DNA of 63,953 nucleotides, counting the filler, from Licmophora abbreviata (lineage: Eukaryota): NCBI GenBank assembly GCA_900291995.1. It is 10 parts of 10 records of this genome, joined end to end, with 100 filler letters (N's around TTAATTAATTAA, not from the genome) between each part and the next. Parts side by side here need not be neighbours in the genome. Positions count along the whole stretch, not along the records: positions 1 to 21,738 come from OLMU01003396.1; 9 more parts are not named here. One strand, 5' to 3'. Below, piece after piece: positions 1 to 12,511 of the stretch (position 1 is its first letter; each line of letters starts with the position of its first letter). Under the pieces are notes generated by a model. That model ran no database searches, was not told the origin of the DNA, and saw nothing but the letters and a program-made list of their open reading frames with translations. The position numbers were made by a program, and so were the translations under genes.

Positions 1-1
1 A

Positions 2-2571
2 TCGAAAGATTTTACTGATGCAGCTCGAAGCGTGTCAAAAGTTTTATACGACTTCATTGACTGGCGGGTATCCCCACCCAGGGGATACCCTGAAGCACAT
101 GTGGCTGTCCAGGGGGTAATGGATAGAGGCACCGCGGGGACATCGGGTGCTTTTGTGACGCGGAAGGGAAGAAGAGTCACTCCGCCCCCTCCACCGCCCG
201 GGGCGATTGCAACTCCTGGTAAAGCAAAGGCTGGTGCGTCTCATGCACAGGTGTCTTTGTTCAGAATTGGTGATGTGCTTCATCGAACGAGAAGCTTTCT
301 TGCGGACCCAACTTCCCCACCGGCAGCTTTGCTGCGAAGCGAAGTCATTGCTTTTCTCTGTGACATCCTAGATATCGACACAGGCATGGAATTGCCGGAC
401 GAAGAGAGCACTTCGTCAACAGCTGGAGCGACTGGTGGCCATATCAACGACTTGGGAAGTGCTGGCAGTCTTTTGAAACTCATTGTGCTCAGCTGCTCAA
501 TGATGCGCAGTCCAGAATGTGCCGCTGACTCGACTCAGGTCGCTACTGGAGGTATAATGGTTGAGCAGCGTCGCGGTGGTGGTATACATGACCAGTCTTC
601 TGGCAAGATTGACCTCCACAGAATGCACGCCGGTAATCGATTTCTCGCTGTGGTGCATCGTCTTGCAGCAAGTCGGAGCGTAAGCGCTAGGGTTACCGCT
701 TGTTCTCTTGGCCCAGTTCTGTGGGGACATCTTGATTTTCCGCATCAGTTGCAGGTAAGCCTGTCATGTGAACCGCAAAACTAGAATTATGGTGTCATGC
801 TGGTCGGTCTCTTTGACTCACATTAACCGTTGATCATCAGCTACGAGGAGTGATCACCCGAGCCCTCCACGATGTAGATGTCTCAGTGAGAAAGTCGACC
901 GCGAGCGTCCTCCACGAAATCGCTGAACTTGTGTTTGATCCGCGTTCTGTGCCGTGGCTGGTGCTCATGTGCGAACGAGCGATGACTGATCCTGAGCCGC
1001 AGCTGCGGTCTGCTGCGATGACGCTGACATGGCATTTGGCTGAGCATCTTCCGAATGCATTCCTTGGCGATGCAAGCAAAGGCAGCCGCGCTTTGAGTCG
1101 ATTGCCTCCCAGAACAGACCCTACCTTTGCTGAAGTCTACCTCCTTCAATGCAAACTGCTTCCTGTTGCGACGCGTCTTGCGGAAGATCGAGCACCATCT
1201 GTTCGGCTCGCGGTTGCGGCGCAGTGCGACCGTTTATGCAACGCTCTCGGAGAGCATTGGTTCAGCGTGATCATTGATGTTTTGAGAGCTCTCTTGTCGG
1301 ACGCGGACGAACGTGTACGCGGGGAGGCGATTCTGTGTGTGCCGAGACTAGTGGAGCACGTGCTTCTGTCTTCGACGGCGCCATATGGGTCCTTATCAGG
1401 AGGCACTGGAGTGATCGAATCTTTGCTCCCTCTGTCGATGAAGCTGCAGAGAGATCCAAGTGCCAGTGTTCGCGTTGCTGTCGCTACCGCGGCGGGAGAA
1501 CTCTTGACGCTCCTAGTGGGGTTGCAGAGTCTTGACGAGATCTCCTACTCACGAACTACGGATACTGGATCAATCGGGAGCAGTGATTCGTCTGGATTTA
1601 GACAGCACAAGAGACATGTGGATGAATCACTTATTCCCCTGCTACAGCAACTGTTGCACGACCCTGACCCCGAGGTAACTAGTGCCGCCCTCCGTGCGGT
1701 CACTAACGCCTCGCGAGGCAACGTCAGAGAGATCCATGCCAGGCGCTACACAGCCGACATGGACGACGATACGTTATCTCTGTCGTCTTTCCACTCACAT
1801 GCGAGTGGAGAGAAAAAAGACCCCGTGTTTATCCCGGTCCTCTCTGAGACTCAAGTGCTTCGGCTCATTCCCACTCTTGCCGAGCTGGCCAAGAGTAGAC
1901 AGTGGCGTGTGCGACAGGGCGCAGTCGAAATAGTTCCCGCGTTGCTCGGCTGTACGTACAAGCTGCAGACGAGATCTGAGATCGCCAAGCTTTGTATTGG
2001 TTTGATGAGCGACAAAGTGGATGCTGTGCGACGTACGGCAGCTGAGTGTCTGTGTCTGGGTGGAGGATCTCTCGGAAGCCACGGCGAGAGCAGTGGCGGG
2101 GAGTGGATAACTTCTATCGTGATTCCACAGGTAAGATGTTGTGGCGAACACAGCGACTGTAGACAGAGAATGCTAGGCCTGAGGATGATCGAAGCGATTC
2201 TCTTGAACGGAATGTGCCCGGCGAGGAAGACAGGCCCAATGAGCGAAGATGAGGACCAAGAGAGCGAGTCGCCCCTAGGGGAACTCCTGAATGTTGCCAC
2301 CTCCCTGTCGACGGACAGTGTGGCAAACGTCAGGCTGAACGTTGGTCGCGTGTTGGGGGATGTGATTCACGTCCTTGACGAGGAGGACATCTCCTATGTA
2401 ATGAGAGCTCTGCAAGAGCAAATCGCAGATGAGATGAAACGAGAAGGAGGAGCGGACAGAGACGTGATCTTCTTTGCAAAGCGATCGTTGTCTCGTGCAC
2501 AGGTGCAACTAGATGGCGAATGCGATGGATCGCTCAGCACTGAGAACGAAAGGACTACCGGTACTCTTTAG
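2..2571 (+). CDS. HEAT-repeat protein, PP2A-A/PP4R1-like phosphatase regulatory subunit (5' partial)
   Basis: Frame open from the window start. Phase-0 intron 755-840 (GTAAGC...CATCAG) joins ORF 32..784 to ORF 850..2571 (QLQ|LRGVITRAL). Many HEAT motifs: D..VSVRKSTA, DPEPQLRSAA, DRAPSVRLAVA, SRQWRVRQGAVE, DKVDAVRRTAA, DSVANVRLNVGRVL, DRDVIFFA. Confidence 0.8.
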
Positions 2572-2657
2572 CTACCTTCTCTCCTTTTTACAATAGCGAC
2601 GGATTTTGAATAAAACGAAGTCAAGCGCTACGGTGGAGTACATAGTTAGACCTTCTG

Positions 2658-5600
2658 CTATGTTATGGGTCTCTTGGGATGTCCTTTGCGAGACTCACAT
2701 GCGGAGCGAGCAGTATTCACTAGGCTCTTGATCTCCCCGCTGGGGACCAAATAGCATCGCTGACGATCAACGGGGTCAGCACGACTCAGGATTCCGAGTA
2801 CACGCCCTTCGTCGTTCACGCAAGGCCCCCCGCTGTGTCCACTGATAGTGGGACACATCACGACAATCTCTTCTCTTGGATTGAAACAAGTAGACGAGGA
2901 GCTCTCACTGGCACTGTCGTCCATGGAATGCCCGTGGGCCTTGAACTTTTTGCATACATAACCCTTAGCAAAGTCAGCGCATCTGTTGACGTGATTACCC
3001 TGTCCAAAGAGAGAAACGGTTGGTAAGAACTGGGTCTGCTCTCTCGATAGCATCGCTCGTCGCCTTGTCTGCCTGTACGTACCTCCTCCAGGAGACCTTC
3101 TCCGCCCTGGTTAAACCCAAGGATGCGGACAGTTTCTTCGAGTTCAAACCTTCTTGTCATCTTCAAGTGTTGAAGCTTCTCGTTCTTCATGGCTTCTGGG
3201 TCATTGCGAAGTGGAAGCTCTGACTGGCTAGCACAGTCCCCCCCTTCTCCTTCAACATCCTGCTCCATTCTAGTCGTGATTCGAACCACGCAGGCATCTG
3301 TATTGGTAATGTCGTGGGCGACAATCTCGGCGAAATATCGAAAGACGGCAGTATGACTTTCATCGGGGACAACGCCGATCACCACCTTGGCATTCTTGAG
3401 ACCAAAATATGGATTGCCAAAGCCTTGGCCTTCTTGCATGTCGAACAGAATGTGACCGGCTGTCACAATGAGACCAACCTTTCGATCAGCAATGAAACCT
3501 GAGCCGACATTTCGAATCTCGTTGCTGTTCGAGTCCCACAGACCGACCAACACCGTACTCCGAAGCACGCTTGATACGGATTTCGTAACTCGAGGGCTCG
3601 GCGACGAGTGGACGGAAGGGTGGCATACCTGAGGCCCGTTCGTTCCACGCAGCAGGTTCAAATCCACCACATGTCCACGCATACATCGCAGGCCAGAGCC
3701 GCTATCTTCGTTCATGCTACGGACGTCATCCCACCCCCAAGTACATGCCACGCTTGGGTGTGAGTGTGCAAGGCACTCTGGACAGACAACCTGACGTTCC
3801 ACATTGGACACATCGGCAAGGGACGTTTTGATGGAATCTAAAACCAGTCGGAGACCACCATTCCACATCTTCTGACCGTGGTTGCCCACCTGCCCCTTGC
3901 CGCTCACGACAAGCTGCTTCATACCACTGCCCATGAAATCGGACGAGACGCAAAGCGGAGACTGGGCATCTACAAGCGAGACGAAAACCTCTGTGATGCT
4001 CTCTCGCATTTCTCGACTGTCGGCCTGACAAAACACGCATCCGATCTTGATCAAGACAGAAGATTTCCACGTCATGACCTGGTGGATCTGGACTCGGCCG
4101 ATTGCTTCCGTATCGTGTGTCTCCATGAAGTCAGTAATCGACGAGAGACCCATGGGATATGTCGTGGAGTGACCCAGGTGATGCGCACTGCCCTGGAAAT
4201 TTTGGGAGAATTCGTACAAATCCTGTAGCAGCGCGACAGTCACATGCTCCATTAGATCCGCCATTGCACCGTCCCCGAGCACCCATGAATGGCATAGTGT
4301 CGTCATCCAACTGTCACTCGACTTGAATGTCCAGACATCGGCCGGCTCCGACGGAGCAAGAAGACTAGGAACAAAGTATGCAATGACAGGTTCATCCTCT
4401 TCGAGCGGCTGCGACACCTGTAGCGGTAGAAATACTCCTTTATGTACAAGGAGTCTCTCTAGGAAATCAAACATGGTAGTTGACGCTTCTGATAGCTGAG
4501 CTGTTCGGTCGGCAGCTTCTCTCATGAAGCTCATGGACTGCCACAACATGTTCGAATCCGCCGACGACAGTAGCGGGCAGCTTGAAGAATGGCTGCTTAG
4601 AAGAGTCTGCGCGACGTCGTTCTCAGAAAACGCTTGACCACTGTAGGCACACTGCAGATTCATGAAGCGCCGCGTTTCCGTAAGCTCCCGTTTCAAGTCG
4701 TTCCGAAGAATGCAAGAAAGCGCAGATACGAGCCATCTGCGGCTGAGAATAATATAGCGAGAAAGCACTTCGTCGTCCGGAATTCCAAAGTACAGGAGCT
4801 CCCCAATGCTCGACAAAAAGTGCAAGGCTTGTGTAGCTTCCTCAACCTCGCATTTTATATTCATTTCGGCAAGTAAGTGATCCATGAGAATGACCTTGTG
4901 GTCTTTCTTGAGTCGCTGGACAGTTCGAAGAATCTGCACAGACTTGGGCGGAACCTCCGTGCCAACATGACGGAAGATTTGATTCTTTTCATCTCTTTGT
5001 TTTGCGATGTTCAAGATTGTCCTTTGGAGTTGCTTGGCACCCTTGGAAATATCGACACGAAGAATCGTGTCATCCTTGGTTCCAAATACCACCTTGGGCG
5101 ACTCCCCTTTGCGGGTCCGAATGGCAAAGTACTTCATCAGCAGCATTTGCATGATATCACACCTCCGTTCTACTTCAAACTCATCCAGCTCATGCGAGTG
5201 CTGCGGAAGCATAACTACGGGCAGTACCGCGGAAGACACGGGAATATTGTCCATCCACGACAGTACGTTCTCGTCAATATCCGCCTCGATGCACCGATCT
5301 GTATGTCTATTCGCTTGTTCCTTTGCAAACTCATCTTCCTCCTCATCGTCATCGTCATCGTCATCGCAGTCCATACTTTCGGTGGTGACGAGGCGACTTC
5401 TCTGTCGCATGGGAGATATCCGCGTCGCTGCCAAGTCCCAGCAGAGTATATACAGTGAGGATGGGGAGTAGAACAAAGACTGTGTCGAGGAGTGTCTTCC
5501 CGCGTTGGCCAATGTCGCATCCAATGTATTGGCACCCTGTACATCCCAGATGACGACGTTCAAATCATGAGTGGCATGCCAGGGATAGACATCGACGCAA

Positions 5601-7138
5601 AGTGTGCTGCGAGCACGTCGGGAGCGACTTGTAGTTCGAGGCGGGGACGTGACGGTGTTGGTGCCGTTCTTCAAGGCGCGTGCAAGGGCAGACTTTTCTT
5701 GGGCGGGACCGACCATGACGACCTTGAGTGTATCATTGTAAACTTGATCGTCTTTGGACAATGCAATGTCGGGTGAGGCGAGGAGGGAGAGAGGGCAGCG
5801 GCTGTCTTGTTGTTGTTTGCGATGTGAATGTTTGTGTGGATCATGTTGTTGCAGTGGTTCGTCTTCGCGTATAACAAGACTGGTAGATGTAGTCTCTAAA
5901 GAAGAAGAATCTCCAAACAAGGACTGCCCTTGCTCGAGTTCTGTTTCGCGTCGTGCTTGTGTCAATAGGTGATCGACCTTTTGATCGCGATCATCTTCCA
6001 CATAAGCATCCGCTCTCAATACATCCGGTGCGGTGGCGAGAGTTTCGAGCTGATCGGCATTTCCAATAAAATCAGCCGATACTGTGGAGGTGGTACTGGG
6101 TGTCGCTTCCCGAATGGGCATCATGGGAGGGAAGAGTGCAAGTGGCTGGTGCTGGTCGGTGGATGTCGTCGTTGTTGTTGGTAATGATGCCGACGACGAT
6201 GTTGTAGGGGGATGATGACAGGTTAACTGCGGTCTTGGCGCATGCATTTCTTGCGGCGCCGGCGGTTCCTGATAGTTGTGTCGCTGCTTCCAGCTCTTGC
6301 GTCTGCTCTTTTTCTTCTTGTCGTTGCTGTTGCTGTTGCTGTTGCTGTTGGTGGTAGTGGCATGAGAAGTAGAAGTAGTGGTAGCAGAAGTGTCGAGCAT
6401 CCTTCGATCACTGGTCTGTTCCAATGGTTGTTGCTGTTTGGATTTTTTCTTTTTGAATAGCTTCCGAATGCCTCGCAGTTTCTTGCGATGTCCTGGTCCT
6501 GCACGCTGCTGATCTTCCATGTCTTCCTGTTCGAGAATGTTGGGCGGCGGTGGAGGCAAGGCAACCAAGTCACCATCGACCAAGACAAACTCTTGTTCGT
6601 CGTCGAGAAAGTGTTGTCGTTGTTGATGAGTAGGATAGTCGGAATCGAGGGATCGCTGTGTCAGTGCAGTGCTGCTGAGTGAAGTACTAGTAGTACCAGT
6701 AGTAGCACTAGTAGTCGTGGTTAGCGCAGGAGCACTGCGAACACTGAGCGTCGGAATGGTATTCAAAGGTGCAGGCTCCATACCGGCATCTACAGCGATG
6801 TCCTCGTCGACAGCGACACTGGCAGCGGCATAAATGTGCATCTGCTCGAGTGAGCTGCGGACCATGTCTCGTACGAAGGTTGCCACTGGATATCCGTATG
6901 CGGGCGAAGAAGAGGCTGGTTGCTGTTGTTGTTGTTCTTGTGCAGTGGAAGCATGACCCTGGTCAGTGTCATCCGGAACGAGGGGGTGACGGGACGAAGA
7001 AGCGAGGTCGTCGTCCACTACAAAGGCCGGAGCAGCCAAGACTAGCGGAGAAGGAATGTCCGTGTCGTCGGTCGACGGATGATCTCGACTCCAGTCTCGC
7101 AGCAGAGGCGACGCCGGTGGCGTGCAGTCGCTGTTCAT
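2658..7138 (-). CDS. Roco-like protein: low-complexity N-terminus, Roc GTPase-like domain, COR domain, C-terminal trypsin-like serine protease
   Basis: First ATG 7138. Intron 3082-3000 (GTACGT...GGACAG) joins ...GLLEE|GNHVNRC. Roc motifs KVVMVGPAQEKS, VIWDVQG, TQSLFYSPSSLYILCWDL. COR-like motifs ALHFLSSIGELLYF, IILSRRWLVSALSCIL, YFVPSLL. Protease motifs GSGFI, IVTAGHIL, TDACVVRI, SGHSGGPCVN. Confidence 0.8.
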
Positions 7139-7720
7139 GGTGAGGTGTGTGCTGCAGTATGATACAATGTGGGAGTAGTAGAGTGGACCGCCGTTCGTTT
7201 CGCTCACTTCCACGCTCTTTCACAATCAACAAAACACGACGTTTGTGTCGTGCGTCCATCTCACAATCATGCGTCATGATCCTCACACGGATCGGAGATG
7301 TTCCTGGAACGAGAACAACGGCCACGATGACTGCACAGACGATGGATGCCAGCAATCTCAGCGCTCTTGTACAACATTGAGCATTGAAGATTCAAAGAAT
7401 GTTTCTCCAAAAGATAATTGACGCTTAGTAGTAATTTCATTCGTGCCAAATATGCGCGCCGGACAGTCCCACACGGATTGCATGTTTAAGTAAAGATATG
7501 TCACAGCAAAGACTCTTCCCGACTCCTTTTTTTTGGAGAGACTCCGAAACAACCACAAACAAAACTAATTTTTCCTAGTACCTGGTACCGGTGTCACCAT
7601 GAATTTGCACTCTCCCAGGCATACAGGTACTCCTTGTGATTTTACTTGTGTACTACAAATCATACGATAGAGAGCAGCCTACAGCGGGTAGCTTTGTTTG
7701 AATTCAGTCTAAGAGTCATC

Positions 7721-10700
7721 ATGTCAGACATTTCTCCTACTTCTACTACTACTACGATTCACTTGTCCGTGCAGGGCATGATGTGTCAAAAGAACTGCGG
7801 CAGCACGGTCGAACATGCCCTCTCCTCGCTGCCAGGAGCCATTGCGGCGCGAGTCTCCTTTGAGTCTTCTCATGCACAAGTGCAATTTCAAAACACCACC
7901 ACTGATACTCGTCACTCTTTCGAAGAAGAGGCACTAGAAGCAGTCGACTGTGTTGGCTTTGAAGCCACTCTCATTCCACCCGAACAAGTCCAAGCCTATC
8001 TACACCAGCAACAGCAACAACGACTTCTCCACAACGAAGATTCTTCCTCTGGAACGTCCGAGACGGATCTGTTGGTTCAAGAGGACGAGGAACAACAAAC
8101 TTCTACTCTGCCATGGAAGAACACCAGCAACAACGACAACACTGCTACACTCTCCTTTCAGGTGGGAGGCATGAGCTGTGCCATTTGTTCCGGACGTGTC
8201 GAACGTGCGCTTCTACAGGTTGTGGGAGTCCGCGAGGCCACTGTCAGTCTTCCCACGCATCGTGCTTTCATTCAAATACTAGTACAGACTCATGACGAAT
8301 CCACTACTACGATTACTCACAATTGTGTCCAAGCAGTCACCAAGGCTGGATACGACTGCGAAGCCATTCCAACACACAACAACAAACAACAAGGCGTTTC
8401 CTTGGCCGACTCAGCGCAACGCTTGGAACGAGCGCGACTGCACGAACTCCATACCTGGAGACGACTCTTGATGCTCGCTGCACTCCTCACGCTTCCTCTC
8501 ATTCTACTCAAACAAGTCCATGCTCAACATCAACAACAACAACAACAACACCACTCTACCATCATCATTATGTGTATCATGTGTCTCTTGTCGACACTTG
8601 TGCAGTTTGGAGTCGGACATCGCTTCTATCGTGCAGCATACATGGGGTGGACCAATGGTCGCTTCCTGGGAATGGACTTTTTGGTCGTCATGGGAACGAC
8701 CGCGTCCTACATTTATTCCCTCGTGATTTTCGCCTGGCAGCTCGTCTCGTCATCCCCAAGTAATATGGTACTCAAACCCACCTTTGAGACGGGGGCCATG
8801 CTATTGACCTTTGTCACTCTCGGCAAGTTCTTGGAGCCCTATGCCAAGGGAAAGACTGCGTCGGCCTTGCAGACACTCATGGAACTCCAACCCAACTATG
8901 CGTCGCGAGTTGTCAATGCTGACTTGGAGCATCTTGGATTTACTGAAAAGGAACCCCATCAACATGTATTCGAAAACGACGATAAGCGAAAAGAACCTGA
9001 CATAGACTTGTCATCCTTGCAAACGGAGGAAGTAGCGGCGACCGAGATTCAATCTGGAGACTACGTCTTGGTGCTTCCAGGAGCGAGAATACCGGCGGAT
9101 GGAATCTTGGTGGCAGCGTCGGGTTCGGACATGCGAGAAAGAAAGACTTCCTCTACTACTCACACATATGCCTATATCGACGAGTCGGCTCTGTCCGGAG
9201 AACCCTTTCCAGTAGCCAAACAAGCAGGAGAGACGGTCTTTGGATCGACCGTGAATCAACTCTCGGCACTGCTGATTCGCGTAACCGCCACGGGTGGACA
9301 GACGGTCCTGGCCAAGATTGTTCGACTCATGGAAGAAGCGCAGAGCCAAAAGGCTCCGATTCAGGCACAGGCGGACAAGATTGCATGCATCTTCGCTCCT
9401 GCCGTCATGGTTCTCTCGGCCATCACCTTTGTCGCATGGCTCGTCTTCAACTCAGCATCCCTAGAAGAGCGCTTCTTTTGGGCCTTTACGTCTGCCATTT
9501 CCGTCATTGTCGTCGCGTGCCCCTGTTCCATGGGCCTTGCGACACCGACAGCTGTCATGTGCGGGACAGGTGTGGGGGCAAACCACGGCTTGTTGATCAA
9601 GGGCGGGGCCGTTTTGGAAGGGGCGCATGGGATTGATACTGTCGTCTTTGACAAGACTGGAACGCTCACGACCTCCCGCGCGGTTCTGGGTGATACACTT
9701 CACTTTCCTCTGGAGGAGCTTGTGTTGAACTTACCGTCGCCGATCGCGAAGGAGCAGGTGGCGCTGTGGCTCGCTGCGTGTGCTGAAAAGCAGAGCGAGC
9801 ACCCGCTTGCCAAGGCTATTGTGAATGCTGGGCGTAGTTTGTGGGGAGCAGATATCACGTGCTCTAAAGAAGGAGTCGAAGTGAGTGACTTCCACGTCAT
9901 GCCTGGAATGGGAGTGGAGTGCCTAGTTCGACAGGCCATGTGGGGAGAATATCGCGTGCGCGTTGGTACTCGATCGTTCACCAAAGGACCTGTAATGGAA
10001 GGCGACACAATACCAGAAGAAGAGGACGTCAGTGACCGAGAGATCTTAGAGATGCGGCAGCGGGGACAGGTTGGTGTTTATGTCAGTGCAATATCAGAGC
10101 GTGAGAGTCTACAAAAGGTGAACCCACAGGGAAGACCCTTTCGACGACATGTTGTTGGCGTACTAGGCATTGTTGACCCGATTGAGTCTGAAGCCAGATC
10201 AACCGTGGCTGCCCTGAAGAAATTGGGCGTCGACGTGTGGATGTGTACGGGCGACGACGCAGTAACAGCACATGCTGTGGCCAGACAGGTCGGCATTGAC
10301 GAAGACAATGTCTGCTCGGGCGTCAGTCCGGAAGGAAAGGCCGATCTAGTGACTCGTCTACAGAAGCGTGACCGTACGGGGCATCGTGGGAAACGAGACC
10401 GTAGATCGCGTATAAGTGGGCGTGTAGCAGTCGTGGGAGACGGAATCAATGACGCAGTAGCGCTGGCGCGGTCTGACGTGGGGATCGCAATTGGAGCAGG
10501 AACAGAAGTTGCAGTTGAAGCAGCCGACATGGTGCTAGTCAAGTCATCGCTCCACGACGTGGTGGTAGCCTTGCATCTTTCAAGGGTCGTTTTTCGCCGC
10601 ATTCGATTGAATTTTGTGTGGGCCCTTGCTTACAACCTCTTCGCCCTTCCCTTTGCTGCGGGCGCACTGTATCCCTTCACCAGCTTTCGACTCCCACCGG

Positions 10701-10948
10701 AGTTTGCTGGATTGATGATGGCGTTTAGCTCGGTCAGCGTTGTGACGAGCAGCCTGCTCCTTCGAGCATACTCGAAACCTCACATTCGGGAGGATGGCTC
10801 TCTTGAGATGGACAGGTGCATGCCGTCTGTCTTTCCTCAGCTGTGCTGCACCCTGAGATCAAGGATGGGAAGCAGACAACCAGTGCTGACATACAGTGAC
10901 GAGGACGACGAGGGCTTTCCCGTCCAGGATAACTTGGAAATGGTCTAA
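7721..10948 (+). CDS. Copper-transporting P1B-type ATPase (ATP7/HMA5/CopA-like)
   Basis: Two HMA domains (GMMCQKNC, GMSCAIC), A-domain IDESALSGE, transmembrane CPC, DKTGT phosphorylation site, SEHPL, GDGIND, and the Cu+-type YN and MxxSS motifs. Single ORF. Confidence 0.95.
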   Translation: MSDISPTSTTTTIHLSVQGMMCQKNCGSTVEHALSSLPGAIAARVSFESSHAQVQFQNTTTDTRHSFEEEALEAVDCVGFEATLIPPEQVQAYLHQQQQQRLLHNEDSSSGTSETDLLVQEDEEQQTSTLPWKNTSNNDNTATLSFQVGGMSCAICSGRVERALLQVVGVREATVSLPTHRAFIQILVQTHDESTTTITHNCVQAVTKAGYDCEAIPTHNNKQQGVSLADSAQRLERARLHELHTWRRLLMLAALLTLPLILLKQVHAQHQQQQQQHHSTIIIMCIMCLLSTLVQFGVGHRFYRAAYMGWTNGRFLGMDFLVVMGTTASYIYSLVIFAWQLVSSSPSNMVLKPTFETGAMLLTFVTLGKFLEPYAKGKTASALQTLMELQPNYASRVVNADLEHLGFTEKEPHQHVFENDDKRKEPDIDLSSLQTEEVAATEIQSGDYVLVLPGARIPADGILVAASGSDMRERKTSSTTHTYAYIDESALSGEPFPVAKQAGETVFGSTVNQLSALLIRVTATGGQTVLAKIVRLMEEAQSQKAPIQAQADKIACIFAPAVMVLSAITFVAWLVFNSASLEERFFWAFTSAISVIVVACPCSMGLATPTAVMCGTGVGANHGLLIKGGAVLEGAHGIDTVVFDKTGTLTTSRAVLGDTLHFPLEELVLNLPSPIAKEQVALWLAACAEKQSEHPLAKAIVNAGRSLWGADITCSKEGVEVSDFHVMPGMGVECLVRQAMWGEYRVRVGTRSFTKGPVMEGDTIPEEEDVSDREILEMRQRGQVGVYVSAISERESLQKVNPQGRPFRRHVVGVLGIVDPIESEARSTVAALKKLGVDVWMCTGDDAVTAHAVARQVGIDEDNVCSGVSPEGKADLVTRLQKRDRTGHRGKRDRRSRISGRVAVVGDGINDAVALARSDVGIAIGAGTEVAVEAADMVLVKSSLHDVVVALHLSRVVFRRIRLNFVWALAYNLFALPFAAGALYPFTSFRLPPEFAGLMMAFSSVSVVTSSLLLRAYSKPHIREDGSLEMDRCMPSVFPQLCCTLRSRMGSRQPVLTYSDEDDEGFPVQDNLEMV

Positions 10949-11074
10949 GCTAATCATTCATGCCATGTTGCGTACTAATCCTTATACCGATATGCTAGTC
11001 ATTCGTGGTATCGTTTCTCCAGCGAGAGCTATCATACTGGCATGGTAGTAGTCTACTTGCACCGATTTTGAACA

Positions 11075-12139
11075 TTATTCAGTTTCAGCATCGGTCGGCG
11101 CATCCAAGCTCGCCTGACTGCGCACCATTGGTAGACCAGCTTCGATCGTACTACTGGAACTCTCCGCGGCATCCTCGCTCGGTCCCTTCCCGCCCCCTTC
11201 TGCAATCGGTGTTCGCGGAAAGCTCATCACCAGAAATACCTGCACGACTCCCAACCCTGCCCCCAGAGCATTAAAGGCATAGACAAAGGGGTCGCTGATT
11301 GCTATTCCGTATGCCGCCCAGAAGGCACCAGTGGCTGTGTTCATCACCATTGTGCGAATATGAATGGAAGCCGAGTTCCGAGTTCGGAGTACGGTCAACA
11401 TGGTGGAGAGCGGTGCCCCGAAAAAGAAGATGAGATTGGCATTCGCTGCCAGCCCCACAATGAGCTCTCGTGTGGCGGAGGATAGATCCGCAAACGAGAT
11501 AACCGAAATGATGGCAAGCCAAATGACCACCAAGACGAGCAGAATCAATTCCTGAGCTACCGGCGCCTGTCTCTTTTGAGCTGTCACGTCCAAAACGATC
11601 TTCCCATAGTCTACCGCCTTTTTCGACATCAGGCTATCGTCCATTTCGTCCGGCTGGTCTTCATCCACCACGCGATGATGAAGGCTGTCCTCCTCTTCGA
11701 GATACTGAACAACCGACTGTCGGACTTCCCGTACTCGGAATTCGGAATGTTGCAGCTTCATGGCACTTAGATTGAGCCAGATGCTTAGAATGAGTCCAAA
11801 GATGTTGGCAAAGTAAATGTAGACGTTCTGAAGAAGTATGGCAAGGCGTGCAGCTTACAAGTGAGTTAAGAGTGCCTTAACACACGTCTTCTTTCCGAAC
11901 TTTCGTCTCATGTCTCATAGCCATATGTAGCTACGCACCGATACAAGGAACGCATAGGTCAACCAGCCGATAGAGCTACCGGTCATAAAGACCCAAGGCG
12001 TTGAATTCAGAGATCCCAAGTACCCACGTTTTACGGCTGCTTGTGCATCTCGGAATGGGGCTGAATACATGAGATTCGAAAGTAAAAGTCCAAGGGCCGG
12101 GCACACGTGCTCCAAAATGATGTATTTTGCAGAAGTCAT
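11075..12139 (-). CDS. SWEET (MtN3/saliva) sugar transporter, paralog 1
   Basis: Exons 12139-11939 and 11827-11075, intron 11938-11828. Motifs APF...LGSLNSTPW, FFGAPLSTMLTVLRTRNSASI, FWAAYG...DPFVYAFNALG. Confidence 0.88.
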
Positions 12140-12511
12140 TCTCTCACAGCATTCTCGCTTTGCAGGGCGGGTTTCTAAACATGTACATGCAGCTGTGTCT
12201 GGAGAACGTGGAGGAGGATCAAGACAAAGGTGTCGTGACTAGCGCGAGGGAAGTGTGGTTGCAAACGGAGAACGACAGAGCGCCATTGTGGCATTTGAGA
12301 CCTTGATGATGATGTGGCATACTTCTCGTGGAGATCCCGCTCGCGACAGTCAGTCCGCCGGCGGGCATCGGAGGAAAAGCTGTGCCCCTCTCACTCTCTA
12401 GACTGTCGCATACATAGCATTCGACACAACCACTTCAGAGTCATCGCCGTGGTAAGTCTGACGAGAGACGCACTCCCGGCATACCGATTTATTGATGTGT
12501 TGATCTATCGT

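Noticed and set aside
6320..6390. (GTTGCT)n, (GTA)n, (CAA)n and (GAT)n runs in coding regions and (ATCC)n near 20458
   Set aside because: Ordinary microsatellites and low-complexity tracts.
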